DNA of 63,770 bases from Methyloglobulus sp. (GCF_046714055.1 NZ_JBKKBJ010000273.1:1-63770); one strand, 5' to 3'. Shown: positions 52,960 through 63,309, counted from the stretch's first letter. Notes: generated from the sequence alone by a model not told the origin. Program-made: numbers and translations.

Positions 52960-53607
52960 ATGAATCAACAAAAAAGACAGGCAATCTTTGACCGCCTAGC
53001 CGAAACCATCCCCGAACCGACCACCGAACTTAATTATTCCACGCCGTTTGAACTCTTGATCGCCGTGGTGCTTTCAGCGCAAGCGACGGACAAAGGCGTT
53101 AACAAGGCGACGGCAAAACTGTTCCCTGTCGCCAACACGCCAGAAGCTATTTTGGCATTAGGTCTGGACGGCCTGAAAAATTACATTAAAACCATCGGCT
53201 TATTTAATGCAAAAGCGAGCAATATCATCACTCTTTGCCGTCAGTTACTGGATAAACATCATGGGCTAGTGCCAGAAACGAGGGAGGCACTTGAAGCACT
53301 GGCAGGTGTAGGCAGAAAAACTGCTAATGTGATTTTGAACACGGCTTTTGGGCAACATACGATTGCGGTGGACACCCATATATTCCGGGTATCTAACCGT
53401 ACGCGGATTGCCCCTGGAAAAAATGTGCTGGAAGTGGAACGCAAGCTGGACAAATGGGTGCCGAAAAATCATAAGAAAGATACCCATCATTTACTAATTT
53501 TGCACGGGCGGTATACTTGTGTTGCAAGAAAGCCAAAGTGCGGTCAGTGCGTTATCGCTGATCTATGTGAATACGATGACAAAGCGGCAATTAGTTCGGC
53601 AAGCTAA
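52960..53607 (+). CDS. nth: endonuclease III
   Basis: LSAQATD, GVGRKTAN, VDTH and C-X6-C-X2-C-X5-C motifs. Confidence 0.98.
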   Translation: MNQQKRQAIFDRLAETIPEPTTELNYSTPFELLIAVVLSAQATDKGVNKATAKLFPVANTPEAILALGLDGLKNYIKTIGLFNAKASNIITLCRQLLDKHHGLVPETREALEALAGVGRKTANVILNTAFGQHTIAVDTHIFRVSNRTRIAPGKNVLEVERKLDKWVPKNHKKDTHHLLILHGRYTCVARKPKCGQCVIADLCEYDDKAAISSAS

Positions 53608-53771
53608 TCATTGCTGGAAAGAAACTTGATAGTTCTGTATAGTTTAGGTAGATGTACACACCTTAATTAGGGTTATTCATTCCTTGTTCAGTTCTGAGAG
53701 GATACGGTAACCCGTAATCGGTATGTTAAGGTACCGATGCTTTATATAACAATAACCCTGGAGATAATACG

Positions 53772-54341
53772 ATGAAGAAAATGTATAAAACACCTTTAGC
53801 AGCGGCAATGGGCGCGGCCCTTATTTCAACATTTGCTCCAACTCCCGCCAATGCTGAAGCCAATCCTTTTGCAATGACGGAACTGTCTTCAGGTTATATG
53901 CAGCTTGCCGAAATGAAATGCGGCGCATCTATGGGTATGGGAGATATGGCTAAGCCAAAAGCTGCTGAAGGCGCTTGTGCAGGAAACAAAGCGGCAGCGG
54001 CGACTAAGAAAGTCGAAGGCGCCTGTGGCGAAGGCAAATGCGGCGCGATGATGAAAGACGGCAAAATGAAAGCAGGCATGGAAAAAGTCTGTGGTGCCAT
54101 GATGAAAGGTAAAGAAGGCGCTTGCGGTATGGCTAAAGATAAGCCAGCAGAAGGCAAATGCGGTGCTGCATGTGCCGAAGGCATGAAGAATTGCGAAGCA
54201 GCAAAAACGACAGAAGGCGCTTGCGGCGATAAGATGAAGGGCTGCGGCGAAGGCATGAAAGGCTGTACTGAAATGATGAAGGGCAAGGATAGTGCTTGCG
54301 GCGCAAACAAGAAGCCTGCGGCTCCTGCGCCAGCAAAATAA
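53772..54341 (+). CDS. HvfA-like exported RiPP precursor (EGKCG/EGACG repeats)
   Basis: Signal peptide ..ANA-EANPF; 13 Cys, mostly in EG[KA]CG or KGC; Met/Lys/Gly-rich. Confidence 0.88.
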   Translation: MKKMYKTPLAAAMGAALISTFAPTPANAEANPFAMTELSSGYMQLAEMKCGASMGMGDMAKPKAAEGACAGNKAAAATKKVEGACGEGKCGAMMKDGKMKAGMEKVCGAMMKGKEGACGMAKDKPAEGKCGAACAEGMKNCEAAKTTEGACGDKMKGCGEGMKGCTEMMKGKDSACGANKKPAAPAPAK

Positions 54342-54364
54342 GCCTTAGTCGCTATTCAACACAC

Positions 54365-54462
54365 GACCACCGTTGTGGATTATTAATAAAGCAATAAAGC
54401 ATTATGTAGGTCGGGCTACGTTGCACTAACCCGACCTACATTGATGTTGCGCAATGGTGGCC
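54365..54462. repeat. REP-like hairpin inside a larger stem
   Basis: ATGTAGGTCGGG...CCCGACCTACAT (54404-54441) with outer GACCACCGTTG / CAATGGTGGCC. Confidence 0.65.
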
Positions 54463-54528
54463 GTCTATACGTTAGATAGCGGAGGACAGCTATAATGCCC
54501 TCCTGTTTTAAACTAATAAGGTGTTCTT

Positions 54529-55380
54529 ATGGGCACAATTCCCTATTTAGTGCGTGATGCCGGTTTGGGTCTGCGTCGGCCAATATTGAACCAAATCGTT
54601 GAGTCACCCCCTGATGATGTCGATTTTTACGAGGTAGCTCCAGAAAACTGGATTACCATAGGCGGAAAATCTGGTCGGCAATTCCGTGCGATGACGGAAC
54701 GTTTTGATTTCGTCTGTCATGGTTTGTCCTTATCGCTCGGTAGCACCGATCCGCTGGACGAAAAATTCCTGGGTGATATCAAGCAGTTTCTGTCGGAGCA
54801 CCGCATCAAGCTCTACAGCGAACATCTGAGCTATTGCAGCAAGGACGGGCACTTGTATGACCTGATGCCTATCCCGTTTACTGAGGAAGCCATAAGCCAT
54901 GTGGCTGCACGGATCAAGCGCGTACAGGATATTCTGGAACAACGAATCGCCATCGAAAACGTTTCCTATTATGCCGCTCCCGGTCAGGAGATGGACGAGA
55001 TCGATTTTTTCAACGCGGTAGTCAACGAAGCCGATTGTGACGTGTTGTTGGACGCCAATAACATTTACGTGAATAGCGTCAATCATGGCTATGATGCCGA
55101 AGCGTTCCTGAAAGCCATACCCGCCCATCGGATTGCATACGCCCATATTGCCGGACATTATGTTGAGGCCGATGATCTCCTCGTTGATACGCATGGCGCG
55201 GACGTTATCGATCCAGTCTGGAAGTTGTTGGGTAAAGCGTACGAGCTGTTTGGGGTGTTCCCGACCCTATTGGAGCGCGACTTTGATATCCCACCGCTAG
55301 CGGGACTGTTGAAAGAGGTTAATACCATCAAGACCATACAGAACGACTGGCGAGTGCAGCATGAAAGAAAGACGGCTTGA
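54529..55380 (+). CDS. multinuclear non-heme iron oxidase (MNIO, DUF692; HvfB-like)
   Basis: GLGLR, EVAPENW, HGLSLSLG, SEHL, IENV, HIAGH, DTHG and LLERD motifs. Confidence 0.95.
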   Translation: MGTIPYLVRDAGLGLRRPILNQIVESPPDDVDFYEVAPENWITIGGKSGRQFRAMTERFDFVCHGLSLSLGSTDPLDEKFLGDIKQFLSEHRIKLYSEHLSYCSKDGHLYDLMPIPFTEEAISHVAARIKRVQDILEQRIAIENVSYYAAPGQEMDEIDFFNAVVNEADCDVLLDANNIYVNSVNHGYDAEAFLKAIPAHRIAYAHIAGHYVEADDLLVDTHGADVIDPVWKLLGKAYELFGVFPTLLERDFDIPPLAGLLKEVNTIKTIQNDWRVQHERKTA

Positions 55381-55385
55381 TATAA

Positions 55386-55693
55386 GGAAACCTCTAAAAA
55401 GTGGGTATAGGTATTTACATAACGCGTCATCTCGGCAGGGATTGCCGAGATCCAGAAGCCATCGATGGTAATTCTTGGGTTTGCCAATTATTTTTTAGTT
55501 GCATGGAGTCCTTTTGAGGCTGCTTTCACATCCCTGTGTTCTGGATTCCGGCGACCCCCATGGATGGAGGAAGTGCGGAAGAGGATATGGAATCCTCGCC
55601 GCCAATCCCTGCCGGAATGACGGCTACTATAACTTGTGTGCATAGATTATGCCCACAGGGACAATGAGTTCTTTGAATTTATAGAGTTTTTCC
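55386..55693. mobile_element. IS5-type MITE shell enclosing the 900-1057-family repeat (55425-55622)
   Basis: Left GGAAACCTCTAAAAA, degenerate right TTTATAGAGTTTTTCC; fills the whole MNIO-DUF2063 gap. Confidence 0.65.
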
Positions 55694-55694
55694 T

Positions 55695-56450
55695 ATGTCC
55701 GTTGATTTTAAAACCAAACAACTGGAATTCACCCGTTACATTCGGGATCCGGCAATAAATCCCGCACCAGCCGACGTTAAAACAGAACGTATGGCGATGT
55801 ACCGGGAATTAATTTTTAACAATATCGAAGGGTTTCTGGCCGGAAATTTTCCTGTCATCAGGAAAATATTGGACGACCGTCAGTGGTTTGAACTGACGCA
55901 AGATTTTTTTTCCAAACACAGAAGCAAAACGCCTTATTTCTCTGAAATCGCTGAAGAATTCCTCGATTACCTGGAAAATGAGCGGGCTAACCCCTCCGAT
56001 TACCCTTTTTTGCTGGAACTGGCGCACTACGAATGGGTCGAGATGGCCTTATCCATCGCCAAAGAAGACATAAAGCCTAATCAACAACCCTCGGAATCTT
56101 TACTAAAACATACCGTAAAACTATCACCTTTGGCGTGGCCGTTAGTTTACCAATTCCCCGTCCAACTTATTTCGCCTGAGTACCTACCACTAGAACCTCC
56201 AGGCCAGCCTACCTGCCTTATCGCCTACCGCGACCAGGACGATGAAGTCAAATTTATTGAAATTAATCCGATGACTTATAGATTGCTGGAGGTTGTCCTG
56301 GAACATGTCCAAATCATAACGGAAGATTGTTTAAATCAGGTTGCACAAGAATCCCATCACCCCAATCCAGACCTTATCATTACCGGAGGATTGCAAATTC
56401 TCAAAGATCTGGCTGAAAAAAATGTCATTTCGGTCTGTGGAACAGGTTAG
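55695..56450 (+). CDS. DUF2063 RiPP-recognition partner (HvfC-like)
   Basis: YIRDP, RMAMYRELIFNN, FPV and ELAHYEW motifs. Confidence 0.92.
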   Translation: MSVDFKTKQLEFTRYIRDPAINPAPADVKTERMAMYRELIFNNIEGFLAGNFPVIRKILDDRQWFELTQDFFSKHRSKTPYFSEIAEEFLDYLENERANPSDYPFLLELAHYEWVEMALSIAKEDIKPNQQPSESLLKHTVKLSPLAWPLVYQFPVQLISPEYLPLEPPGQPTCLIAYRDQDDEVKFIEINPMTYRLLEVVLEHVQIITEDCLNQVAQESHHPNPDLIITGGLQILKDLAEKNVISVCGTG

Positions 56451-56487
56451 CAAGGTGATATGGACTATCGGAATAACTGCCAAGCAA

Positions 56488-56958
56488 TTATTGCTGCCTG
56501 CCAAACAATTTAGGGCCTGCAGGTTGTGCTTTTTCCTGTAGGCATTCATAGGCGGCAGCTTCGAATTTGATCCGTAATGACTGAGGATGTTCATTCTCGC
56601 CAATAAATTTTTCCGCTTCTTGGGCGGTTAAATCTTTCATCATGTAGGCCGCAATACACTCACAGGATTTAGTGATGCGTCCTGCATCGGTAGTTGAGTT
56701 TGCGGAGTTATTCAGTTCCCTATCGATGCATTGCGTGGCAAAATCATGTTCAAACTTGTGTTTTTGCAGGTCGGTGACCTCAGGGCCATGCGGATGGTCG
56801 AAGGTGTTGTCATCCGCTTTGGCCGTTTGTTCCTCAACGACGGCCGCTTTTTCTTCTTTGGGCTTGTCGTCATCGGAACAGCCCGCTAACGAAAGGGCAA
56901 TGACTGTGCTTATTAAGGTAGAAACCAAGAGATTATTTTTATAGGGTAAGATTTTCAT
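56488..56958 (-). CDS. lipoprotein of unknown function
   Basis: Lipobox LAGC, HPHG patch and 4 further Cys. Confidence 0.8.
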   Translation of the reverse strand: MKILPYKNNLLVSTLISTVIALSLAGCSDDDKPKEEKAAVVEEQTAKADDNTFDHPHGPEVTDLQKHKFEHDFATQCIDRELNNSANSTTDAGRITKSCECIAAYMMKDLTAQEAEKFIGENEHPQSLRIKFEAAAYECLQEKAQPAGPKLFGRQQ

Positions 56959-57063
56959 ACGGGTTATAGTTATTAGTGTTATTAATCCTTCACATTATAA
57001 AAAATACGGCACTGCTGTGGGATATTTTTTGTATCGCATTCAGCCGATTACGTTCCCCGCAGT

Positions 57064-58479
57064 TTATTTTTCAGTGACCCGTATATCAATACGGCGGTTT
57101 TTTTGCCGTCCTTCTGTGGTGTCGTTACTGGCTACCGGGTGCTCGCTGCCATATCCTTCTACATCGAGACGGCCAACGTCTATGCCGTGGCTAACTAAGG
57201 CTTTTTTAAAGGCATCAGCGCGGTTATTTGAGAGTTTAATATTCGCTTTGGCATTACCGGTATTATCTGTGTAACCTCCGATTTTTATTTTAACCTTTGG
57301 ATAGGCTTTCAGAATTTCGGCGATATTATTAATTTGCCCATTCGATTCCTCTTTGATGGTTGCTTCGTTGGTATCGAAAGTGATTCTATCCATGGTGTGC
57401 CATAAATCCTTGTTGATCGCCTCATTGCTTTCAATAAAACCAACTAATTTATTTTCAAATAAATCATTGGCTTTATCGACAGCTTTATCCACGACCAGAG
57501 CTTCAACTTTGGCTGGCTCAGGTGTGCTGGGCGCAGGTGGTATTGGTTGAACGGGTGGCGCTGAGACAACTGGTTCTGCTGGCGGCGGAATTGTCGGTGC
57601 TGCGGTTGCCTCTGGTGCAGTTGTCGATGATGTTGTGGGCTCAGGAGTCGTTTCGGAAGGGACACTACAACTTTTGAGTAGCCCCCAAACCAATGCAAGC
57701 GCCGCTGCCATGAGTACCCATGGAAGAAAATTTCTGCTTCCGCCCCCGCCTTCCTCGAAGTCATCCGCTGCACTGTGGACAAATTCTTTGCCTTCTTCAA
57801 CGATATGTGAGCCAAATTGACTGGCTGATTCGCCAATATCTTCAGCCATGTTTTTGGCAGACGATAAGGTTTTTTTAGCCGTACCCGTGGAAGTTTCGGC
57901 AATGTTATCGTCCGCTTTACGAACAGCAATTTCGAGAGGTTCTCCCGCTAACTGATAAGTAAGATCTGCAGGAACGGAGTTCTTTAAATAACCGCTTTGG
58001 TCACTCAAAAGCCCTGCCAATCCGTCAGTATTTTCACTATTTTCAATTTTAAGGTTTCTGCCAACCAAACCCAGGACGAGAGGCATAATAAAACCGAGCA
58101 GAGAAGTTGATGAGTCTTTACTGATGCCGCTGGCGTTTGCGACCAAATCAGCAATACTGGCGGCCTTATTGCCAAAGAGTGATGTCAATAGTTTACCTCC
58201 CTCGGAGATTAACTTGGTGGTGTCTTCACCGCTACGCGATAAAGCGCCAAGATTGCTGAGTACACCGCCGTCGTGGTTGCCTTCAACCAGCAGATTGAAA
58301 AGATTGCCAATGCTTTTTGCGTCAGGGCTTTGATCGACCAGTTCGGCAAGTAACGAAGGCAGTGCGGTATGCAATGCGGACTCGATATTTTTCGGGGATT
58401 CCCCAATGAGTGTAGCGAGATTTGAGACTACATCACCCGAAAGGTGTTCTTTTAATGATTCTAATAAATTGTTAGACAT
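57064..58479 (-). CDS. DUF937 plus OmpA_C peptidoglycan-binding protein
   Basis: N-terminal DUF937-like helices, TM, Pro-rich linker, GYTDNTG...LSNNRA...NRRID. Confidence 0.88.
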   Translation of the reverse strand: MSNNLLESLKEHLSGDVVSNLATLIGESPKNIESALHTALPSLLAELVDQSPDAKSIGNLFNLLVEGNHDGGVLSNLGALSRSGEDTTKLISEGGKLLTSLFGNKAASIADLVANASGISKDSSTSLLGFIMPLVLGLVGRNLKIENSENTDGLAGLLSDQSGYLKNSVPADLTYQLAGEPLEIAVRKADDNIAETSTGTAKKTLSSAKNMAEDIGESASQFGSHIVEEGKEFVHSAADDFEEGGGGSRNFLPWVLMAAALALVWGLLKSCSVPSETTPEPTTSSTTAPEATAAPTIPPPAEPVVSAPPVQPIPPAPSTPEPAKVEALVVDKAVDKANDLFENKLVGFIESNEAINKDLWHTMDRITFDTNEATIKEESNGQINNIAEILKAYPKVKIKIGGYTDNTGNAKANIKLSNNRADAFKKALVSHGIDVGRLDVEGYGSEHPVASNDTTEGRQKNRRIDIRVTEK

Positions 58480-58690
58480 GCATGATCTCCTCATTGTTGG
58501 GTTGACACAGCCCAGTGATTAAGTGGCGGTGTTCAATTTACCAGTATCTGGCTGTTTTGTTAATGAAAGATTATCGATGGTATGGCAAAAACAATCAATA
58601 CTAATGTATTTACAGGGTTAAGAATGAGGTTTAATTGTCCGAAAAGCTCAGGCTCAATGCAAAAGTCTGTTGTTTTGTGCCTTTAACCTT

Positions 58691-59089
58691 TTACCTTGCA
58701 CCTGAATGATTTTTTACCAGATCCTCAGGCTTGGTGTTTAAAAACCAGTTGGGTGGGGCGCCGCATTCAGGGATATGTCGATGTGCCCAGATTGCTAGCT
58801 GCTGTATCACAGGAAGCAGATTGGCGCCCTTAGTTGTCAAGTAATATTCATAACGTAAGGGTTTAAGCTGGTATGGCTTTTTTTCCACGATCCCACTTTC
58901 CTCTAAATGGCGCAGCCGGTTGGCGAGAATATTAGTCGGAATGCCTTCTGGCGAGGATAGAAAATCACCGTATCGAGTCTTATCCATACACATATCACGC
59001 ACCACTAACAGGCTCCATTTATCGCCGATGACATCTAAAGCCGTTGATAAAGCGCATTCCGAGCGGTAGTTAGGGGTGTTGGCGTTCAT
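58691..59089 (-). CDS. HxlR family transcriptional regulator
   Basis: YRSECAL..ALDVIGDKWSLL...LANRL...YYLTTKG; ATG 59089. Confidence 0.93.
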   Translation of the reverse strand: MNANTPNYRSECALSTALDVIGDKWSLLVVRDMCMDKTRYGDFLSSPEGIPTNILANRLRHLEESGIVEKKPYQLKPLRYEYYLTTKGANLLPVIQQLAIWAHRHIPECGAPPNWFLNTKPEDLVKNHSGAR

Positions 59090-59197
59090 GGTAAGAGTAA
59101 TGGAGAATGTTTGGATGGATTGTACCCTAGCCACCACGTCTTCACAGCGCAGAAAAACATAAATACTTTCTTCGCGGTAAGAAAAATGAAATAATAT

Positions 59198-59252
59198 ACT
59201 TGCATAATGCAAGTTGATATGTAAATATTACAACACTTGCATTATGCAAGTG
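59198..59252. promoter_or_regulatory. two palindromic operators (probable HxlR sites)
   Basis: ACTTGCAT-A-ATGCAAGT (59198-59214) and CACTTGCAT-T-ATGCAAGTG (59234-59252). Confidence 0.8.
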
Positions 59253-59284
59253 ACAAATCTGATCACATCAAATCGGAGGTTAAC

Positions 59285-59908
59285 ATGAAACTGTATTATT
59301 TCCCAATATCGCCCAATTCTCGGCGTGTTGTCGCTGTTCTCCATCATTTGAACCTGGATTGCGAACTGGAAGTGGTGGACTTAAGCAAGGGCGATCAAAT
59401 GCAACCGGATTTTCTCAAGTTGAACCCCAATCACATGATACCCACACTGGTTGATGGCGATTTTGTCCTGTGGGAGTCGAATGCCATCATGCAATATTTG
59501 TGTTCCAAAGTGCCGAACAACTTATTATGGCCCGCTAATCCTCGCGTACAGGCTGACATTAGCCGTTGGCAGTTTTGGCAAGTTGGGCACTTTGGCAGCG
59601 CTTGTTCCGTGTTTATTTTTGAACGGGTCGTCAAGAAATTATTTATGTCGGCTGAAGCTGATTTACAAGAAATAGCCAAGGGCGAAGAGCGTTTTCACCG
59701 TTTTGCACAGGTTCTTGAGCAACATCTTAAAGGTCGCGAGTGGCTGGTCGGTGACTCAGTGACACTGACTGATTTTTCTGTCGGGTCGTTCTTGGATTTG
59801 GCAGAACTCGCCCAATATCCCATGGCACCTTATACAGAGATACAACGCTGGCACCACAATCTTCAACAACTGCCTGCCTGGAAAAATTCGGCGCCTCCAG
59901 CTGGGTGA
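59285..59908 (+). CDS. glutathione S-transferase
   Basis: SPNSRRV, LNPNHMIPTL and WESNAI motifs; GGAGG SD. Confidence 0.95.
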   Translation: MKLYYFPISPNSRRVVAVLHHLNLDCELEVVDLSKGDQMQPDFLKLNPNHMIPTLVDGDFVLWESNAIMQYLCSKVPNNLLWPANPRVQADISRWQFWQVGHFGSACSVFIFERVVKKLFMSAEADLQEIAKGEERFHRFAQVLEQHLKGREWLVGDSVTLTDFSVGSFLDLAELAQYPMAPYTEIQRWHHNLQQLPAWKNSAPPAG

Positions 59909-59910
59909 TA

Positions 59911-60025
59911 TATTGATTCCGGCCTATGAAGTATTGGTCCCGTTTGCCTTGAGCCTGTCGAAAAGCCAAAGGGCTGCAGCAAGTTCAGCCCGAACGGTTT
60001 CAAACATAATCGGGCCGGATCGATA
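59911..60025. repeat. degenerate CCGTTCGCCCTGAGCCTGTCGAA-type repeat with outer inverted ends
   Basis: TATTGATTCCGGCC...GGCCGGATCGATA around CCGTTTGCCTTGAGCCTGTCGAA...TCAGCCCGAACGG. Confidence 0.6.
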
Positions 60026-60075
60026 GCTATTCAATTAACAGGAGAGTTCGGAACATGTCCTTTCGTGTTTAATTA

Positions 60076-60801
60076 TTACCTTAAGCTTCGATTGTTACCG
60101 TCAGCCTTATCCACTTGTCGTGCGCTATAGAGTTTCTTGTTAGTTATAATCAGGAACGCCAGCATGATTAAAAATGAGATGGGTAATACAACACTATTGC
60201 TAAAGCTAAATGGAACAATATTAACTGACAATATGGCATCATATAAGCCATGTATAAGGGCAGTAAAAATAACACTGCCTGTATAAATAAATATACAGCC
60301 GAATATTATGCCTGCTAATGTTATAAGCATTAGTCCTCCAGTCTGACCATAATAAATATACTGGATGTGCGAAACCATAAATACTAGGGTTGCGACCGAT
60401 AAGGCAATTTTGTAATCGTATTACCTTTACAAGGATTGCTGTACAATTCCCCGGTAAAACAATTCCTCCCTCAAACCAGCCGTAATACCTGAGATTACAA
60501 ATACGAGTTACCACATTTGAGTTTCATTTTCAGCATTGGTGTAGACCACTGCAAAAAGAAAAAATAACACGATGGCAGCTGTAAATTGCGGCGATAACAT
60601 TTCCTTTGCTTTAAATGAATCATTGGCGTTATAAAAATATTTTTGATATAAATAACTATAGAATACGATTGAAATTACTCTTAGACCTGTCCGTATAATC
60701 TCTCCCTTATAAGACTATTGCCCATAAATCTGCGCGAGAACAAAAGAAAGGGTTAGGTATGTGATTTCAAGTATTGTGCAAAATAAGATTATTTTTCTCA
60801 T
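60076..60801 (-). pseudogene. CPBP/Abi-family intramembrane metalloprotease with four in-frame stops
   Basis: Single frame from ATG 60801: MRKIILF...GQ*...MW*...GLREELFYRGIVQQSL*R*...FMVSH...IHGLYD. Confidence 0.85.
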
Positions 60802-60884
60802 TATTATTTCTCATCAAGTAAAACCTTCAAGATCAACGAATACTTAGGCATAGTCATTTAGAAAACAACCATCTTGGGGCAGCA

Positions 60885-61145
60885 TTATAGGGTATTCTGG
60901 ACTGTCCGACACTATGGGGACTGTAAACAACCCAGAAGTTATTGCCAGCCTTAGTACCATTTCTGACTGTTCGGAATACCATTTTGTTTCCAAACTTAGG
61001 ACAGTCGGAATGCATCTGGTGTGCCTCTTGACTCAATATGGCGAACGTGTTCACAGTTGGTTAAGAACGGCTGCTTAAGCCGCCCCGACCCAATGGCATG
61101 AACAATCGACTTGATTTTTGGTTGAGACTAAATGATTCCTGATTA
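60885..61145 (-). pseudogene. C-terminal remnant of a NERD-type protein with topoisomerase C4 zinc finger
   Basis: IVHAIGSGRL...EHVRHI / CPKFGNKMVFRTVRNGTKAGNNFW / GCLQSP*CRTVQN. Confidence 0.65.
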
Positions 61146-61231
61146 CGTAATCGACCCCGAAAAAATCATTAACCAATAAGGTTAAAGATGGCTCCAACAC
61201 ACCAAGGGTAAATGGCGGTGTTTGATGCCAC

Positions 61232-61422
61232 TTCAAGGGCAACTAATGCTACGGGAAATTTTGTTGTGTTCGTTTTTCGCCAATAAGCTACTCTACATCT
61301 TCAAACGTCCGCTCTGGATACAGGTAAGTCCACTCTTGGTAAAACCATTGTGCAAGGGCAGGGATTAGTTTTTTATGATTGGTTAAATAGGTAATTTCCA
61401 CTTGGTCTACAACAAATCTCAT
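61232..61422 (-). pseudogene. GNAT acetyltransferase N-terminal fragment
   Basis: EITYLTNHKKLIPALAQWFYQEWTYLYPERTFEDVE*...FPVALVAL. Confidence 0.6.
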
Positions 61423-61722
61423 AAAATCAGAATGGTTTATATAGGCTTGACATTTTCGCCCCCCTAAGGCAATGTCAGGAAAAACTGGATGATTCCGAAT
61501 TATTGGGCCAAGGTTTTGACATGAACGGCTGTCAATCAGCGTCTATTAGTTGTCAGTGAACAGCGGCAATAATACCTATGTAGAAATAGTGTCCTATTGT
61601 TTTCAATATTTATTTGTAAATGTAGTATTGGTAAAATGGATGCTGGATATGATAGTGTTGGACGCTGTATTACAGGCAACGGGAAAGCCGTTAACTATAA
61701 ATTCAGGGCTTATACAAACATA

Positions 61723-61930
61723 TCATACTATGTGAATTCCAACCAAATTGCATATCGGGGTAAAACTAGTGGGCAGTATCTATCAGCCAATACAACCAAC
61801 AACAATGGCAACCAACGTTCGGATGATTAAAGGTAGCCAGCTTGTGGCCAACGGCCCGTTCGCACACATGTGCGAACGCTTGGACGGCAACTGTTTGATC
61901 GATGCCGGAGAACTCGATGAGGGAATTCGC
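61723..61930 (+). pseudogene. YciI (DGPF-type) remnant
   Basis: YYVNSNQIA..KTSGQYLSAN / IQPTTMATNVR...LVANGPFA...LIDAGELDEGI. Confidence 0.6.
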
Positions 61931-62076
61931 CTAGAACACGCCGGTATAAATCTAGTGGCTGTGGCTTCGTTTTGGTGGGTTGCTGCGCGAATCCATCGTA
62001 GATTTACCTACCGCACGGTTTTTTTCTATTGCATTAACACCTATGATCACTACCATCACCCATCAGTGCTGCCATC

Positions 62077-63309
62077 ATGCCATTGACATTATTCGCGGGT
62101 TGGTATCGGTTGCCGCTGTATTATCAAATATTGCTGGCATTGTTACTTGGCATCGTTGTAGGCGTTGCTTGGGGATCGGATGCTGCGGTGCTGGCACTAC
62201 CGGGAAAACTGATTTTAAGGCTGCTGGGCGCGTTGGCACCGCCCCTGATCCTTGCGGCCATCGTCCACACGCTAATGACAGCAGAATTCGGTGGACGCGA
62301 TAGTTTGAAGCTCGCACGCTTATTGATTCTGAACACGCTGGTCGCAATCTTTATTGGTCTTAGCGTCGCCAATCTTATCCAGCCTGGCGTGGGCGCAGAC
62401 CTAGTCGTGCCCGCAACACATGCAGATATTTCGCAAAAATCCGCGAATCCCAACCCCTTGGTCACGTTTTTGGACAATGTACCGAAGAGCCTTTTCGGCC
62501 CGTTAGGTGACGATGGCAAAGTGATAGGTGTCATCTTCATCGGAGTGGCTTTCGGTATCGCGTTACGCAGCCAACGTGAGCGTGCAATCGGCACGGCCGA
62601 AGATCTCGCCGAGTTAGCGCTCACGACCTTGATCCGCGTCCTGCATTGGATCATCGCTGTCGTGCCGCTCGCGGTATTCGGCATCATAGCGAGCATCGTC
62701 GGCACACAGGGATTCGGGGGCTTCAAGGCGCTAGGCCTATTCGTCGCAAGTGTCATCATTGCACTGACCCTGCAAGCAATTTATTACTTAACCCGTATCC
62801 GTTTTGGTTCCTGGGTGCGGCCACTCATGGTCTTGCGAGGGACCCGTGACGCTTTGGTGACGGCGTTCTCCACCGCAAGCTCCACGGCCACGATGCCGGT
62901 GACCTTTAGATGTCTGCGTGACCAGGTGGGCATTCGTGAAAAGTCCGCAAGCCTTGGAGCCTTGGTGGGTGCGAATTTTAATAACGACGGCACGGCGCTA
63001 TACGAAGCCATGGCGGCGCTGTTCATCGCGCAGATGCTCGGCATGCAACTCGACTTGCAACAGCAAATTCTGGTCGTACTGACCAGTGTCATGGCATCGG
63101 TCGGCGCAGCCGGCATTCCTGAAGCAGGACTCGTGACCATGACCATGGTCTTCAACGCCGTCGGCTTGCCGCTACAATTCATTCCCATTTTGCTCACCGT
63201 CGACTGGTTTCTAGACCGCTGCCGCACAGCCATCAATGTAATGGGCGACATCAATGTTAGCTGTCTCATTGATGGTAAGCGTACCGGCACTTTAGGTAAC
63301 AAGCCATAA
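62077..63309 (+). CDS. dicarboxylate/amino acid:cation symporter (DAACS)
   Basis: AFSTASSTAT, NNDGTALY, GAAGIP and DRCRTAINVMGD motifs. Confidence 0.95.
   Translation: MPLTLFAGWYRLPLYYQILLALLLGIVVGVAWGSDAAVLALPGKLILRLLGALAPPLILAAIVHTLMTAEFGGRDSLKLARLLILNTLVAIFIGLSVANLIQPGVGADLVVPATHADISQKSANPNPLVTFLDNVPKSLFGPLGDDGKVIGVIFIGVAFGIALRSQRERAIGTAEDLAELALTTLIRVLHWIIAVVPLAVFGIIASIVGTQGFGGFKALGLFVASVIIALTLQAIYYLTRIRFGSWVRPLMVLRGTRDALVTAFSTASSTATMPVTFRCLRDQVGIREKSASLGALVGANFNNDGTALYEAMAALFIAQMLGMQLDLQQQILVVLTSVMASVGAAGIPEAGLVTMTMVFNAVGLPLQFIPILLTVDWFLDRCRTAINVMGDINVSCLIDGKRTGTLGNKP

Noticed and set aside
60030-61560. Integron cassette array
   Set aside because: Gene types are cassette-like, but I could not identify attC sites or an integrase.
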